From Dictyostelium purpureum (taxonomy: Eukaryota), in NCBI RefSeq assembly GCF_000190715.1, contig NW_003519574.1, forward strand, positions 1-50,327: DNA of 50,327 nt, read 5' to 3'. Of this stretch, positions 49,693-50,327 are shown one piece after another. Position 1 is the stretch's first letter, and the number at the start of each line of letters is the position of its first letter. Both the position numbers and the translations under genes were made by a program. The notes below the pieces were generated by a model. That model saw only the letters and a list, made by a program, of their open reading frames with translations, was not told the DNA's origin and made no database searches.

Positions 49693-50105
49693 TTATTATA
49701 AAATATCTATTTTGTTTAAAAATATTGGATTATTTTTATTTATTAATTTATTTATTGTGGAATATATATAGTATTTTATATAGTTATATATTTTAGATTA
49801 GAATATAAAAATTAAATAGCTTAAAAATAAATAAATAAAAAATGAGTAATTAAGAACGAAAATAAAATAAATAAAAAAAAAAAAATTAAAAAAATTTTAT
49901 TTTTTGAAAAAAAAATTAAAATAAAAAATAAAAATAAAAAAAAAATAAAATAAAAATAAAATAAATTTCTATTATAAAATTTTTTTGAATAATAATATTT
50001 TTATCTATTTCTTTTATAACAAAGAAAAAATAACAAATTAGACCTCAATCAATTTTATAACTATAACTTTAAAAGAAGTTATATATATAAAAAGGATTTT
50101 TTCTG

Positions 50106-50154
<49 letters not shown>

Positions 50155-50327
50155 CCCCCCCTTTTTTTTTTTTAAAAAAAAAAAAAAATTTTGGAAAAAA
50201 AGAAAACCAAAATTAAAAATTTTTTTTTTTTTTTTTTTTCAAGGGGGGGCCACCCTGGAAAAAAAACGGTAAGGCGAATTTCCGTTTTTAAAAATTTCCC
50301 TTTTTTTTTTTTTTTTTTTTTTCCCCC

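Noticed and set aside
1-50327. Prokaryotic feature classes (CRISPR arrays, operons, RBS, rho-independent terminators)
   Set aside because: The sequence is clearly eukaryotic (spliced genes, poly-N tracts, AT-rich introns). No direct-repeat/spacer architecture is present.

Overview
This window reads as Dictyostelium-type amoebozoan nuclear DNA. It is about 80-90% AT, with long homopolymer A/T deserts between genes, short AT-rich GT..AG introns, and (AAT)n/(CAA)n tracts encoding poly-Asn/Gln. There are no prokaryotic features, tRNAs or recognisable transposons.

Gene content falls into three groups:

- **Surface-protein cluster.** Five paralogous, multi-exon genes encode single-pass surface proteins with the order signal peptide - Cys-containing N-domain - LRR exons - IPT/TIG-like folds - EGF-like Cys repeats - TM. 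Two lie on the + strand (443..4122 and 4471..8311) and three on the - strand (18549..22621, 23053..26107 and 26670..29903). They flank a block of housekeeping genes: a small secreted protein, an HGSNAT-like lysosomal acetyltransferase, a PHO80-like cyclin and one unknown gene. The first two paralogs share a ~1.2 kb near-identical 3' block, which looks like gene conversion.
- **Downstream genes, mostly on the - strand.** These are two Lys/Glu/Asn-rich genes that may be one gene; a giant vault-PARP-like gene (BRCT-PARP-VIT-vWA, 34175..41521) whose ORF-track pieces are exons of a single gene; tsg101/Vps23; the mitochondrial calcium uniporter; and an NXF/Mex67 mRNA export factor. A + strand metallophosphoesterase gene sits between tsg101 and the uniporter gene.
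- **The most unusual signal.** The C-terminal low-complexity tail of the PARP-like protein carries four copies of a ribosomal P-stalk C-terminal-tail-like motif ([15 protein letters not shown]). It also carries seven perfect RNA polymerase II CTD heptads (YSPTSPS) encoded by exact 21-nt tandem repeats, and a proline-rich / WH2-like stretch.

Other points worth a second look are a G-box/GBF-like GTGTGGGTGTGGG element upstream of one surface-protein gene, a ~630 nt intron in the NXF gene containing a GC-richer block, and isolated GC islands in AT deserts.
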